Positions 24,217 through 37,698 of a stretch of 64,000 bases of DNA are shown here, one piece after another. Every line of letters begins with the position of its first letter. The stretch's first letter is position 1. The stretch comes from Octopus sinensis. Taxonomy: Eukaryota. The DNA is taken from assembly GCF_006345805.1 (NCBI RefSeq), contig NC_043006.1, positions 13,206,001 to 13,270,000 on the forward strand. The letters run 5' to 3'. Both the position numbers and the translations under genes were made by a program. The notes under the pieces are model-generated. The model was not told the DNA's origin, searched no databases, and was given only the letters and a program-made list of their open reading frames with translations.

Positions 24217-25898
24217 TTATAAAAACACCTAAGAACGAAATCATAACAGACATCTACCACAAACCTACAGACTCACAACAATACCTCCTCTTTAGTTCAT
24301 GCCACCCAAAACACACCAAGACAAATATCCCTTTCAATTTAGCTAAAAGGGTATGCACCATTGTCTCGGATCCAAAAACACGAGAAATACGCCTTCAAGA
24401 CCTCAAAAAAACACTATTACAACGTCAATATCCCTCCACCCTTATAGAGTATGGAATAAAACGCGCCAAAGAACTAGACAACACTACACTGAAAACCACC
24501 CACCTAACACCACACACAACCTCAAAATACTTCCATACATTTCCACCCACAACCCCAAAAATATCGAAGCATACACCACAATCATACAAAACCTCAGTCT
24601 ACTGTCAACAGACCCAAAAATGAAAAACATTATAAATACACACAAAATCCTCAATGCAAAAGGCAACACAAATCTTAAAAAAACTCTTGACAAATGCCAA
24701 ACTTCACACACCACATCCACCCCCAACAGTAAAAAAATGTGCACGCTCAAACTGTGGTACCTGCCCCTTTCTACTTGAAGGCTCTGAATTTACCTTCAAA
24801 CAAGGTACGAAGTTTAAAATCAAGACTAACTTCTGTTCCTCCGAGAACCTTATCTACGTTCTCACATGCGCTGGTTGCCAACATAATTATGTTGGACAAA
24901 CGAGTCTCCCGTTACGTAAACGAGTAACGGTGCATAAAGAACAAATAAATCTCCCAGAATACCGACAAATTCCATTGAGTGACCACTTAGACTCATGTGC
25001 TAAAGACTTAAACCCCAAATTCTATATATTCCCCTTCTACCAATGTAAAGACGGGATCACCACACAGGAGAGAATTAACAAGGAGAATCTCTTTATTGAA
25101 AAATTGCAAACACAACTTAATATGTAAACTCCTCGTTGATCAAACTTCCTTTCTCTACCTCACTCTTCATGGATGGACTAACACAAATATATAAAGATAC
25201 CATGCATTCATCACTTCAAGCTAAAACTTATATTCTTTAAATATCATTTTTACTATTGTTGTTATTACTATCATTTTTATTATAAATGATATGACAATTT
25301 GAAATGCAATTGTCTATGCAGATTTATATAATTAGAAAATAATATAAATAAAGTGTTAAAATCTGAAAGTTAAGTTAACCAGCAATTATATAAAAAAGAT
25401 AACGCAAATGAAGCTAAAATGATAATTTTATAATTTGGGTTTTATTGAAGAACTCAAAAGAGTTGTCTCCCCTTACTCACAACACAGGAACTGAAGAACC
25501 AGGACCACAATTACTACTACTTCCTGTCCTGCAAACATGCTGAATTTAACAACACAACACATGCTCTTAATCCCTTTGGATCTTAACACCTCAAGGTAAT
25601 TTTTTCGTAAACAACCATAAAACTCAAGATACACAACGAACTCACAATGTATCGGAGAACTTATTTTTTAATTTTTGTACATTTTTATCATTATTCTTTT
25701 ACAAAAAACAATGCAATTTTCTTTTTTTTCCCCTTTCTAATTTTAAAAAAAACTTTTTAAAACATAAATATTCTTGACAAGTCATACAATGACGAAAACC
25801 GGTTGAATAAATATATATTTATATATTTTATCAATTTCTCATTTTATTAAAATTTTCTTTCATTTGAGCATTCTGCATTTTTAAAAAAATTTTTCCTT
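24217..25898 (+). mobile_element. Inverted duplicate of the 3' part of the same Penelope-like element (RT C-terminus, GIY-YIG, pLTR)
   Basis: Near-identical reverse complement of ~20351-22032; ORF 24654-25127 carries CARSNCGTC and IYVLTC..C...YVGQT. Confidence 0.95.
25769..25809 (+). ncRNA. Candidate minimal type I hammerhead ribozyme, U3-A8 variant (mirror copy at 20437-20477, minus strand)
   Basis: UAUUC-UUGACAA-GUCA-UACAA-UGAC-GAAAA-CCGG-UU-GAAUA: 5-bp stem I, 4-bp stem II, palindromic ACCGGU stem III, one extra A. Confidence 0.6.
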
Positions 25899-25926
25899 AT
25901 ATATATATATATATAATATATATATA

Positions 25927-26048
25927 TGGCCTGCTCGCTTAGCCAGCGGGGTGGCGTCATTTGAAGGCTAAGACAATGCGAAGCGCATTGTGACCAGCGA
26001 TGGGTAACAACATCTGATAGCCTGGTCGCTCACAGTGATCACAGTGAT
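25927..26048 (+). mobile_element. SINE family A tail-2 fragment included in both arms of the PLE inverted repeat (mirror 20184-20304)
   Basis: GGCCTGCTCGCTTAGCCAGCGGGGTGGCGTCATT...CACAGTGATCACAGTGAT, homologous to 16125-16245 and 60148-60265. Confidence 0.88.
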
Positions 26049-26474
26049 ATATATATATATATATATATACATAAATATATATATACACATACATATATAC
26101 ATGCATACATACATATATATATATGTATGCATGTACGTATGCATACACACATACATACAAAATACATATGAATAGATATAGATGTATGTATAAGTACATA
26201 TATATGTGTGTGTGTATATATATATACATATATATATATATATACATACGTACATACATATGTATAGATACCTACATATATGTAAATATGTGTATTTGTG
26301 TGTTTGTGATTGCTTGTTTGGTGTGTGTGTGTGTGTGTGTAGTTGGCGCACGGCCTGGTGGGCAGGGTGGTGGACTACTGATTGTGAGTTCGGCTGCAGA
26401 ATCAAACGGTGTGTATTGTGACCTTTAACAAAGCACTTCATTCCACGTCGATCGAGCCGATTGATGATGCATCC

Positions 26475-26528
<54 letters not shown>

Positions 26529-27092
26529 AACTCTCTCTCTCTCCCCTCTTCCTACATTTGTTACATCTTTGATACTCTATTTAGCCAAAAATGAAGAGTG
26601 CATCTATGTCCACTCTTGTCAACAGCAAAACGTGATGGAGCTACCGAATCAATGATGGCTAACTTTCATAAACATGAGTGTGTGTGTGTGTGTGTGTCTG
26701 TGTGTGGGGGGGGAGTGAGAGACAGAGAGAGAATCGGTGAAAAATAAGGTTAGTATAATGCTAACATGGATGAGAACTTAAACCCCGATATTTTTCATCA
26801 AGACCCAGCAGTTCGGCATCGAAATTTAGCTATAAGAACAATCTATATCGAGCTGCTATGGAGGTAGTTAGAAAGATAAATTCGTTAGGCTTTAGGCGTA
26901 TATTTAAATGTAGCACAAAATATAAATCAAGAAATGAAGAAAAAACACAGAACAGAAGAGAAGAATTATGTAAAAGACTTTACGTAATCTTTCTCTTCTC
27001 TTTTGTTTCTTTTTTCTTCATTTTGTAATCTGTATTTTTTGCTCCATGTCATTATATATTTCAAACCTACAAGTGTATAGCTATCTTACTAT

Positions 27093-27190
<98 letters not shown>

Positions 27191-27248
27191 TATCTTTATA
27201 ATATATATGTATGTATATATAATATATATATATATATATTATATATAT

Positions 27249-27640
27249 ATAAAATATTATTAGAGACAAAACCACTATTTTGCAAAACAAACAAGGAAAG
27301 ACTTAATCAATACATAAAATTTTAATAAATAGTCAAAAAAACCGCCACTACAATCGTTTCTTGTCTTGATCGACAATCTTCAGGTGGACTTCCAATAAGT
27401 CAGTTTCAAATTGAAACTGACTTATTGGAAGTCCACCTGAAGATTGTCGATCAAGACAAGAAACGATTGTAGTGGCGGTTTTTTTGACTATTTATTAAAA
27501 TTTTATGTATTAAGTCTTTCCTTGTTTGTTTTGCAAAATAGTGGTTTTGTCTCTAATAATATTTTATAATATTTTACTATAAAATTGGATTTAATCCTAA
27601 ATCTGATTTTTTCCCTGTAAATTTGGATTTATTCCCTAAT
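27249..27640. mobile_element. Fold-back non-autonomous element with two hammerheads; ~160-bp arms centred on 27410
   Basis: Perfect palindrome apart from a 4-nt indel; right arm continues to 27640; the same 3' end recurs at 60853-60968 (minus). Confidence 0.85.
27433..27475 (+). ncRNA. Type I hammerhead ribozyme, canonical core (mirror copy 27345-27387, minus strand)
   Basis: CCAC-CUGAAGA-UUGUC-GAUCAA-GACAA-GAAA-CGAUUG-UA-GUGG: all core nucleotides present, stems I and II fully paired, GUA cleavage triplet. Confidence 0.8.
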
Positions 27641-27643
27641 ATT

Positions 27644-27684
<41 letters not shown>

Positions 27685-27870
27685 CTTTTATCTCTTACTT
27701 GTTTCGGTCATTTGACTGCAGCTGTGCTGAGGCACAGTGTTATTAGTCGAACAAATAATTTTTCTAAAGTCTGGTATTCATTCTACGTTCTCTTTGGCCG
27801 GACCGCTAGGTAACGAGGGCGTAAACCTACAAACACCGGTTGTCAATACACAAACACAAACACACACACG

Positions 27871-27932
<62 letters not shown>

Positions 27933-27960
27933 ATGTATGTATATATATACACACATATAT

Positions 27961-29229
27961 AACGGTTTTTCAATTGCATGAACTAAAAGTCAAAGGGAGA
28001 AACTACCCGTATCAATTTGCTATAAAGGCGGGTAGTAATTTAACCTTGTACTTATTCTTACTGCTAGCTTTGAAGGGTGCAGTTCGATTTTAACAGGTAT
28101 TTTTTCAAAGCTATAATAGAAGGGACTAAGGAGCATATTCGGCATATTTTACTTTATGATTTCAATAAAGGCAACGAGGCAACGGAAAATGCGAGGTATA
28201 TTAATGCAGTATATGGGGATTGGACAATAAACGTAAGCTAGTGTTAACGGTGGTTCCACAAATTCCGAGCCGGAAACTAGAGCCTAGAAGTTGAGCCTCG
28301 TTCTGGAAGATCTCTAGAGCTCGACGAAGATGTCCTGCAAACCCTGGTGGAACAAAATCTAATCGTAAGTGTTGAGGAGCTAGCAGAGAAACTTCGATTT
28401 GCTCATTCAACCATTCATTGACACCTGCGTGCCATCCGAAAAGTCATTAAATTGGGCCAATGGCTTCCTCACAAACTTTCCGAATCTAATCGTGCGCAGA
28501 GAGTAAATGTTTGCTCTTCTTTGATGTTACGTCTCACAAATGAATCCTTTTTACCACCGAATAGTGACAGGTGACGAGAAATGGGTTCTCTATAAAAATG
28601 TCAAGTGCCGAAGACAGTGGGTAGGGAAAGGAGAAACACTGGCACCCCAGGCTAAAGAAGGTCTTCACCCATGTAAGGTGTTGTTATTTGTTTGATGGGA
28701 TATGGAAGGTTTATTCCACTTTGAACTTTTAAACCTAAACCAAAGGATAACAAAGGAGATCTACTGTGAGCAGCTTGAGCGGCTGAAGTCAGCGCTAGAA
28801 GGAAAACGACCATCTTTGGTTTCAAGACGAAAGGTGTTCTTCCATCAGGTTAATGCTCGCACACATATAGCGAGAATGACATTCCAAAGGCTGACGTAGT
28901 TTGAAGTGGAAACGATGCCCCACCCACCAAATTTGCCGGACATTGCCCCATCTGATTATCATTTATTCTGCAGTCTTCAAAATCATTTGGACGGTAAAAA
29001 ATATGACCTCAGTAGACGAGGTCAGAACAATAAGTACTGGAGGAGTATTTTTCGGTACGGTCAAGTGAATTTTGGAAGTAGGACCTTGCAAGTCTACCAG
29101 ATAGATGGAAGAGCAATGTAGAAAATGAAGGAGAGTATATTTTCGATTAAAATAGAACTTAGTTAATTTTAATTTCTGAAAATAAACGAAGTATAAAAAA
29201 CCGCATTATTTATGGGATGAACAAATAAC
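27961..29229 (+). mobile_element. Decayed near-full-length mariner, same family as 2160-3322
   Basis: RIVTGDEKWVLYKN, LFHFELL, FFHQVNART, HPPNLPDIAPSDYHLF; 3' TIR AAAAACCGCATTATTTATGGGATGAACAAA; 5' TIR eroded by (TA)n. Confidence 0.92.
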
Positions 29230-29389
29230 TTTATTTATCAAGAAATGCTATAAGGATAAAAATGAACCGTCTTTCTATAAAGCCACATTCAGCTTCAGCA
29301 ACTGCTTCTATATGAGATCTAAATAATCTACTTACTTCCTGATATTACTCTGACTATGGCAGCTTGCAAAGAATCTTTGAAATACATGT

Positions 29390-29586
29390 ACAACAGAAAC
29401 AGGAAGAAAGAGTGAAAGTTGTGGTGAAATAATACAGTAGGGTTCGCCACCACACCCTGCCGGATCTACGTGGAGATTTGGGTGTTTTCGCTCAATAACC
29501 ACTCGCAATTCCCGGTCTGGGAATCGAAATCGCGATCCTATGACAGTGAGTCCACTGCCCTAACCACTGGGCCATTGCGCCTCCAC
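29390..29586 (-). mobile_element. SINE family A, partial
   Basis: Head GTGGAGGCGCAATGGCCCAGTGG and GGTTTCGATTCCC on the minus strand. Confidence 0.85.
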
Positions 29587-29647
29587 ACCTACACGCACAC
29601 GCACACGCACACACACACACACATACATACATACATACATACATACA

Positions 29648-29683
<36 letters not shown>

Positions 29684-29688
29684 TATAG

Positions 29689-29771
<83 letters not shown>

Positions 29772-29841
29772 ATATTTGTAAAAAATGAAGTTCGAAAATG
29801 CTGCTATATTATACAATTTTTAATTTTTATATATACATTAT

Positions 29842-29875
29842 AACATGTTTCAGTTCCTGAAATGAACCTTATCAA
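29842..29875 (-). ncRNA. Candidate minimal hammerhead, U3-A8 variant, weak stem I
   Basis: UUGAUAA-GGUUC-AUUUCAG-GAACU-GAAA-CAUG-UU; palindromic ACAUGU stem III. Confidence 0.5.
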
Positions 29876-30239
29876 AAAAAGTTATATATAAAAAAAGACA
29901 GCTCATGCCGTCAAACCCAAGAAATTCATTTACAATACACAACGGAGTCAGACATCTTAAAGTTCAAATATAGTTTGAAGTAAGTTCATTCATGCTATAT
30001 GTTCAAAGTGTTCGATGCAGTGGCCCACGGTGGCGATATGTATTCAATACAAAAAACAGATCAAAGTGGTGGAAAGCAGTCAATACAGAAGATTGATGTT
30101 CCCGAAAGAGCGAGGAATTCATTTTTACCTTGAGCAATTGTGATGACCCATGGTCGGTGTTCGCTGGGTGATTCTAGTGAGTTTTGTGAATTGTTCGGGT
30201 TTTATAATGCCTGTTAGGTGGTCAGTCCAGCGTAGCGTG

Positions 30240-30590
30240 ACGTCATCAACGTTTTGACCAATCGTTTCGTTAGGTGGCTTTAGTCAAGCAGAACGGTACG
30301 TCATCAACATTCTGACCAATCGTGACCTATCGCTGTATTATAACCGCCTCTTGTATGTATCCTGTTTTGACCAGTCGTTTCGTTAGGTGGCTTAGTCAAG
30401 CAGGACGGTACGTCATCATGATTCTGACCAATCACGACTTATAGCTGTATTAGATCTGCCCCTTTTCGTTAGGTGGCTTAGTCAAGCAGAACGGGACGTC
30501 ATCAGCATTATGACCAATCGTGACCTATCGCTGTATTATAACTGCCTCTTTTCTGTATCATGTTTTGATCTGTCGTTTCGGTTCGGTCAG
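30240..30590. repeat. Three diverged ~86-113-bp direct repeats, each with ACGTCATCA and GACCAATC motifs
   Basis: TTTCGTTAGGTGGCTT(T)AGTCAAGCAG at 30265, 30378 and 30464. Confidence 0.85.
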
Positions 30591-30799
30591 TAGTTCGTAT
30601 ATCTGAAAAAGAAACACACTAAAACGTTAGAGCAGTATTATGTTTACAAGGTTGTTTGTTACGGCTGGTCAGAGGGCGACAGGTGCGCAGCCAATGATCA
30701 CTCTCTGACTGTCCAAAACAACCTTTTACTTATACAGTAACTCACGGGCCTATGTACACCCCTAAAAATATTTCAGTAAAATTGCCATTACTCTGATAA

Positions 30800-32130
30800 T
30801 ATCGAAGGAAATCACGCAAAATAATAAACATTTTCAAAGATAGGAACGAAATATTAATTTTCAAACGTTACAAAAATATGTTCACTCCAAAGGAAATTTG
30901 CTATATTCAATTTTTTATCCACTTTTCTTTTACTAAATTCAGATATTGCTGATAATTTCAATTCTAATAAATTATTTCTCCTGGCATTTTTGCATCTGCA
31001 GGAATTCTGATTTGTGCACCGTGGTGAAAATCTTCATTGTGAATAAAATTGCACCACAAGGAAAAGAATTGTCTGAAGATTTGAAGAAAATTATTTTTAA
31101 CTTGCGCAAGAATGGCTTAGGATACAAGTTAATTAGCGAACGAATACACATTAGCGTAAATATGGTTGCCAAAGTGATTCAGAAGTACAAAGCTACTGGA
31201 CATATTTTAACTGCGCGTGATATTCTTCACGTCCAATGTTGCGTGATGGACGACAGGCGTCGTAATCGCTTCTTCTTTGACCTAAGAAGTGTCTTCTGTT
31301 AGTGGAAAGAGCGTATCCGCCCGAACAGTTCGTTGAAGGTTGAACTTCATGGATGCATTCCTCGTAGGAAGCCACTCCTCAATGCAAGGCATAAATCAAG
31401 CCGGATTTCTTTTGCCGAAACCTATGTGAACAAGGAGAAGGAGTTTTAGAATAAAATTCTTTTTTCTGACGAGACGAAAATCAACTTGTCTGGGTCAAAT
31501 GGTATTAAACGAGTATGGCGACTACCAAGTGAAGATAACAGCGACAAATGTACCGTGTCTACCGTGAAACACGGTGGCAGAAGTGTTATGCTTTTGGGGA
31601 TGCATGAGTGCGGCTGGTGTGGGAGGAGTCACATTTATTGAGAGAAGAATGGATTCGAAGCTACATTGTGACGTATTTCACAAAGCGATGTTGGAAAGCA
31701 TCAAGGAACTAGGAAGACATTCCATGTCTCAATATGATAATGACCCTAAACACACTTCAAAGATGACAACTAAGTTTTTATCAGATAAAAAGGTAAAGGT
31801 ATTGCCTTGACCTACCATGTCACCTGATTTAAATCCAAAAGAACATCTGTGGGGTGTTTTGAAAAGGTTGATAAGAAAAGAAACCTTCAATGTAACACAC
31901 CTGAAAGATATTATTCGGGATGAATTGAGGTCGATCTCATCGGTTGTATGCGGAAATTTAGTCGATTTTATGCCCAGAAGACTTCATGCAGCCATTAAAA
32001 GCAAGGACGGTCACACCAAATGTTGAATATAGCAAATAATCCTTTAGGGAGTACATATTTTTGTATGGTTTAAAAATTAATATTTCGTTCATACCTTTCA
32101 AAAAGTTTATTTTGTGTCCCAAATTTGTAT
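30800..32130 (+). mobile_element. Decayed Tc1 transposon with long (~100 bp or more) imperfect terminal inverted repeats
   Basis: PQGKELSEDLKKIIFNLRKNGLGYKLIS (paired-like HTH), FSDETKINL, QYDNDPKHTSK, SPDLNPKEHLWGVLKR; ~30810-30910 is the diverged reverse complement of ~32022-32130. Confidence 0.9.
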
Positions 32131-32543
32131 ACTCTTTACTCTTTTACTTGTTTCAGTCATTTGACTGTCGCCATGCTGGAGCACCGCCTTTAGTCGAGCA
32201 AATCGACCCCAGGACTTATTCTTTGTAATCCTAGTACTTATTCTATTGATCTATTTTGTCGATCCGCTAAGTTACGGGGACGTAAAAACACCAGTATCGG
32301 TTGTCAAGCGATGTTGGGGAGACAAGCACAGACACACAAACACATATACACTCATACATAAATATATATATACATATATATGACGTGTTTCTTTCAGTTT
32401 CCGTCTACCAAATCCACTCATAAGTCTTTGGTCGGCCCGAGGCTATAGTAGAAGACACTTGCCCAAGGTGCCACGCAATGGGACTGAACCCGGAACCATG
32501 TGGTTCGTAAGCGAGCTACTTACCACACAACCACTCCTACACC
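32130..32543 (-). mobile_element. SINE family C
   Basis: Full homology to 37051-37455 including the (TACTCTTT)n tail. Confidence 0.92.
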
Positions 32544-32784
32544 TACATGTAAAATATATTTTATTCAGTATAAATTTTGTTTGGTTTCCTTTGATATCAT
32601 CAGAGTATTTGCAATTTTGCTGAAATTTTTTAGAGGTGTACATACATCTGTGAGATACTGTATGTATATGTGTGTGAGGGTGTGTATGTGTGAGTATTTT
32701 GTGTCTATGTATGAATGTATACACACACACACATACGCACACACACACAAACACACATATATCTTACTATCCATTTATATTTCT

Positions 32785-32830
<46 letters not shown>

Positions 32831-32959
32831 ATACACACACACACATACGCACATAAATGACTCCGTAAATCTATGCGTACACATGAGTGAGTGTATGTTT
32901 GTGTTTGTGTGTGTGCGTGTGTCTGTATGCGTTGGGGTGTAGGGATGGTTTTAATTCTT

Positions 32960-33173
32960 TCTCCCTTTCTCTGTTTCTCTCTCTCTGCCTCTCTCTCTCT
33001 CCCTCACTCATTCACTCCCCTCCCTCATCCCTCTCTCATTTCCCTCCTTCATCCCCTCTCTCTCCCACTCACCCTCTGCCTCTCTCTCTCTCTCTCTCTC
33101 TCTCCCTCCCTCTCTCATTCCCCTCCTTCATCCCCCTCTCTCTCCCTCTCACCCCTGCCTCTCTCTCTCCCTT

Positions 33174-33205
<32 letters not shown>

Positions 33206-33375
33206 CCTCTCTATCTCTCTCTCCCACCCTCTCTCATTCCCCTCCTTCATCCTCCTCTCCTCTCTCTCCTGTCCCTCTCTCTTCTCTCTCTTCTCTCTCT
33301 CTCTCTCACCTCTGCTGCTCTCTCTCTGCTCTCTCTCTCCCCCCTCTCCCCCCCCCTCTCTCTCTCTCTCCCTTA
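32960..33375. repeat. Long CT-rich polypyrimidine tract
   Basis: Direct reading; the SL-rich ORFs are artefacts. Confidence 0.95.
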
Positions 33376-33635
33376 CATTCCCGTCTCTTATTTAAATTAA
33401 GTTCTGTTCAAACACTCCACACCAAAAATACCAGCTCACTGCATTCAATCAACACTTTTTCAACATCTTTAAAATATATTCCATTATATTAATCAAATAT
33501 TTCATCTCTTCGCTGATTTGTGTTGCTTATAATAAATCAAGTTTTCGTTTTAGTTATAATCTTATTTAAATGTGGCTACGAAGGTTACTCTCGTATTCCT
33601 TACACCCGCTGTGAAAGCCATGTCATGACGTAACA

Positions 33636-35110
<1,475 letters not shown>

Positions 35111-35660
35111 TACGAATCCATATCCGCGCTCTGCCATTTCTTATCAAATTAAACAATACAGAACACAGCCTATTCAAGAAATCTCACTTCCATTTGCTGG
35201 TGTGTTACTTTTGTATTGTTGCGGCCGCCTTCTCGTCTTTTCTGTGACATTTCCTTAAAATGACATTACTGTAGCCGCTGGAAGCAGATTAGCTATTCAA
35301 TATTCTAATTCTATATATATTACCCAGCAGTGCACAAGATCGTACCGACTTAGGACGTTTTGTTACATCTTAATCAAACATACGTGCATTACAAAATACC
35401 GCTTCTTACAGAACCGCTGCCCAATCTCAATACGATTATAGTTGTTTAATTCAGAATAAACAACAATGTTTCAGCGTGCTGTGATTCCAAGGTTTGGTTC
35501 AATGCAGCATAAACATTTTAACGGTTTGCATCTCGTTGTATACATATATACATACATGCATGCATACATGCATACATACATACATACGTACATACATATA
35601 TACATATATACATATATATACAATATATATATATATATATATATTATAATATTATATATA

Positions 35661-35692
<32 letters not shown>

Positions 35693-35727
35693 ATTATATA
35701 CATATACATATACATACATATATACAG

Positions 35728-35769
<42 letters not shown>

Positions 35770-35798
35770 TATATATATATATTACATATTATCATTAC

Positions 35799-35882
<84 letters not shown>

Positions 35883-36087
35883 ATTAGAGAAAAAACACTA
35901 TTATGCAATTCAAACAATGATAGACATAAACCAAATCATAAATGAAAACTAAAATATATATTTTAAAACATTTAACTAGAACACAAAAAGTACAAAAATG
36001 AATAAAATAAATAAGTAATATGCATATACATACATTATATATATATATAATATATATATATATATAATATATTATATATATATATAT

Positions 36088-36850
36088 ATAAACTATTAAT
36101 AATAAGAATTACTACGAAGTTGCATAGCATTACCTTTTAATTCTTAATTTATATACCGACTTACATGGACCGACACCTGTTTCAAATGCACTGATTAGTA
36201 ACGGTTCTCTATTTGATATCCTTTGAGTTGGCTGTTTCAAGATTGCAAGTAAAGAGCGTGAAGAAACTGCACCGGTTTTATAGTAGGGTTGCAATTGTAA
36301 CGGTTACTAAGGCGGCGAGCTGGCAGAAACGTTGGCACGCCGGGCGAAATGCATAGCCTTATTTCGTCTGCCGCTACGTTCTGAGTTCAAATTCCGCCGA
36401 GGTCGACTTTGCCTTTCATCCTTTCGGGGTCGATAAATTAAGTACCAGTTACACACTGGGGGCGATGTAATCGACTTAATCCGTTTGTCTGTCCTTGTTT
36501 GTCCTCTCTGTGTTTAGCCCCTTGTGGCTAGTAAAGAAATAGGTATTTCGTCTGCCGTTACGTTCTGAGTTCAAATTCCGCCGAGGTCGACTTTGCCTTT
36601 CATCTTTTCGGGGTCGATAAATTAAGTACCAGTTACACACCGGGGTCGATATAATCGACTTAATCCGTTTGTCTGTCCTTGTTTGTCCTCTCTGTGTTTA
36701 GCCCCTTGTGGGTAGTAAAGAAATAGGTTACTAATCGTTGCATTTGAAACAGGTGTTGGTCTATGTAAGGCGGAATATAAACTAAAGAATTAAAGGTAAT
36801 GCTATGCAGCTTTGTAGTAATCCTTGTTATCAATATTGTTAATATTTATA
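36088..36850. mobile_element. MITE with ~115-bp imperfect TIRs, interrupted by a SINE B dimer (36309-36727)
   Basis: ~36088-36200 is the diverged reverse complement of ~36728-36850; GGTTACTAA flanks the SINE on both sides. Confidence 0.8.
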
Positions 36851-37050
36851 CTCCAGGTAAGTTATATGGTTAAGGAAATATATTCAGAATGATCCAACTG
36901 ATTTAGCCTTTAATTTATCTTATAAAAACTTTAATGGATTTATATGTTAAGTGTACAATAACATATTTTGAATACCTGAGAGCAAACCGGTAATCGTTTT
37001 GGGGTAATCCCTCAATATTTTACAAACACACACACACACACACATATATA

Positions 37051-37455
37051 GGCGCAGAAGTGGCTGTGTGGTAAGTAGCTTGTTTACCAACCACATGGTC
37101 CCGGGTTCAGTCCCACTGTGTGGCACCTTGGGCAAGTGTCTTCTACTATAGCCTTGGGCCGACCAAACCCTTGTGAGTGGATTTGGTAGACGGAAACTGA
37201 AAGAAGCCCTTCATATATATGTATATATATATGTATGTGTGTTTGTGTGTCTGTGTTTGTCCCCCTAGCATTGCTTGACAACCGATGCTGGTGTGTTTAT
37301 GTCCCCGTTACTTAGCGGTTCGGCAAAAGAGACCGATAGAATAAGTACTGGGCTTACAAAAAGAATAAGTCCCGGGATCGAGTTGCTCGATTAAAGGTGG
37401 TGCTCCAGCATGGCCGTAGTCAAATGACTGAAACAAGTAAAAGAGTAAAAGAGTA
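37051..37455 (+). mobile_element. SINE family C, full length
   Basis: GGCGCAGAAGTGGCTGTGTGG head, CCGGGTTCAGTCCC B box, internal TA/GT microsatellite, AAGTAAAAGAGTAAAAGAGTA tail. Confidence 0.93.
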
Positions 37456-37475
37456 TATATATCTATATATGTATA

Positions 37476-37698
37476 TATAATTAAGGTTTAGCAACAGGTT
37501 GCTTCACCACATACCGAAAATTTAGAAATTTCGAAATTTTCGGTATGTGGTGAAGCAACCTGTTGCTAAACCTTAATTATATTTGTAATTTATAAACTTT
37601 TGTACAAGTTTTTACCGATAATGTTTTTTGTTTTCCATACCGAAACTACTTGGTAGATTTTTTTAATTATTAAATTAATAATTCTTTACCCTATATCT

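Noticed and set aside
20184-26048. Interpretation of the large inverted repeat as a simple fold-back sequencing chimera
   Set aside because: The arms enclose a 2.2-kb unique, ORF-continuous spacer and the outer flanks differ, matching PLE biology; read-level confirmation is still advised.
30240-30590. Repeat-spacer appearance suggesting CRISPR
   Set aside because: Eukaryotic context, the 'spacers' are homologous to one another, and there are no cas genes.
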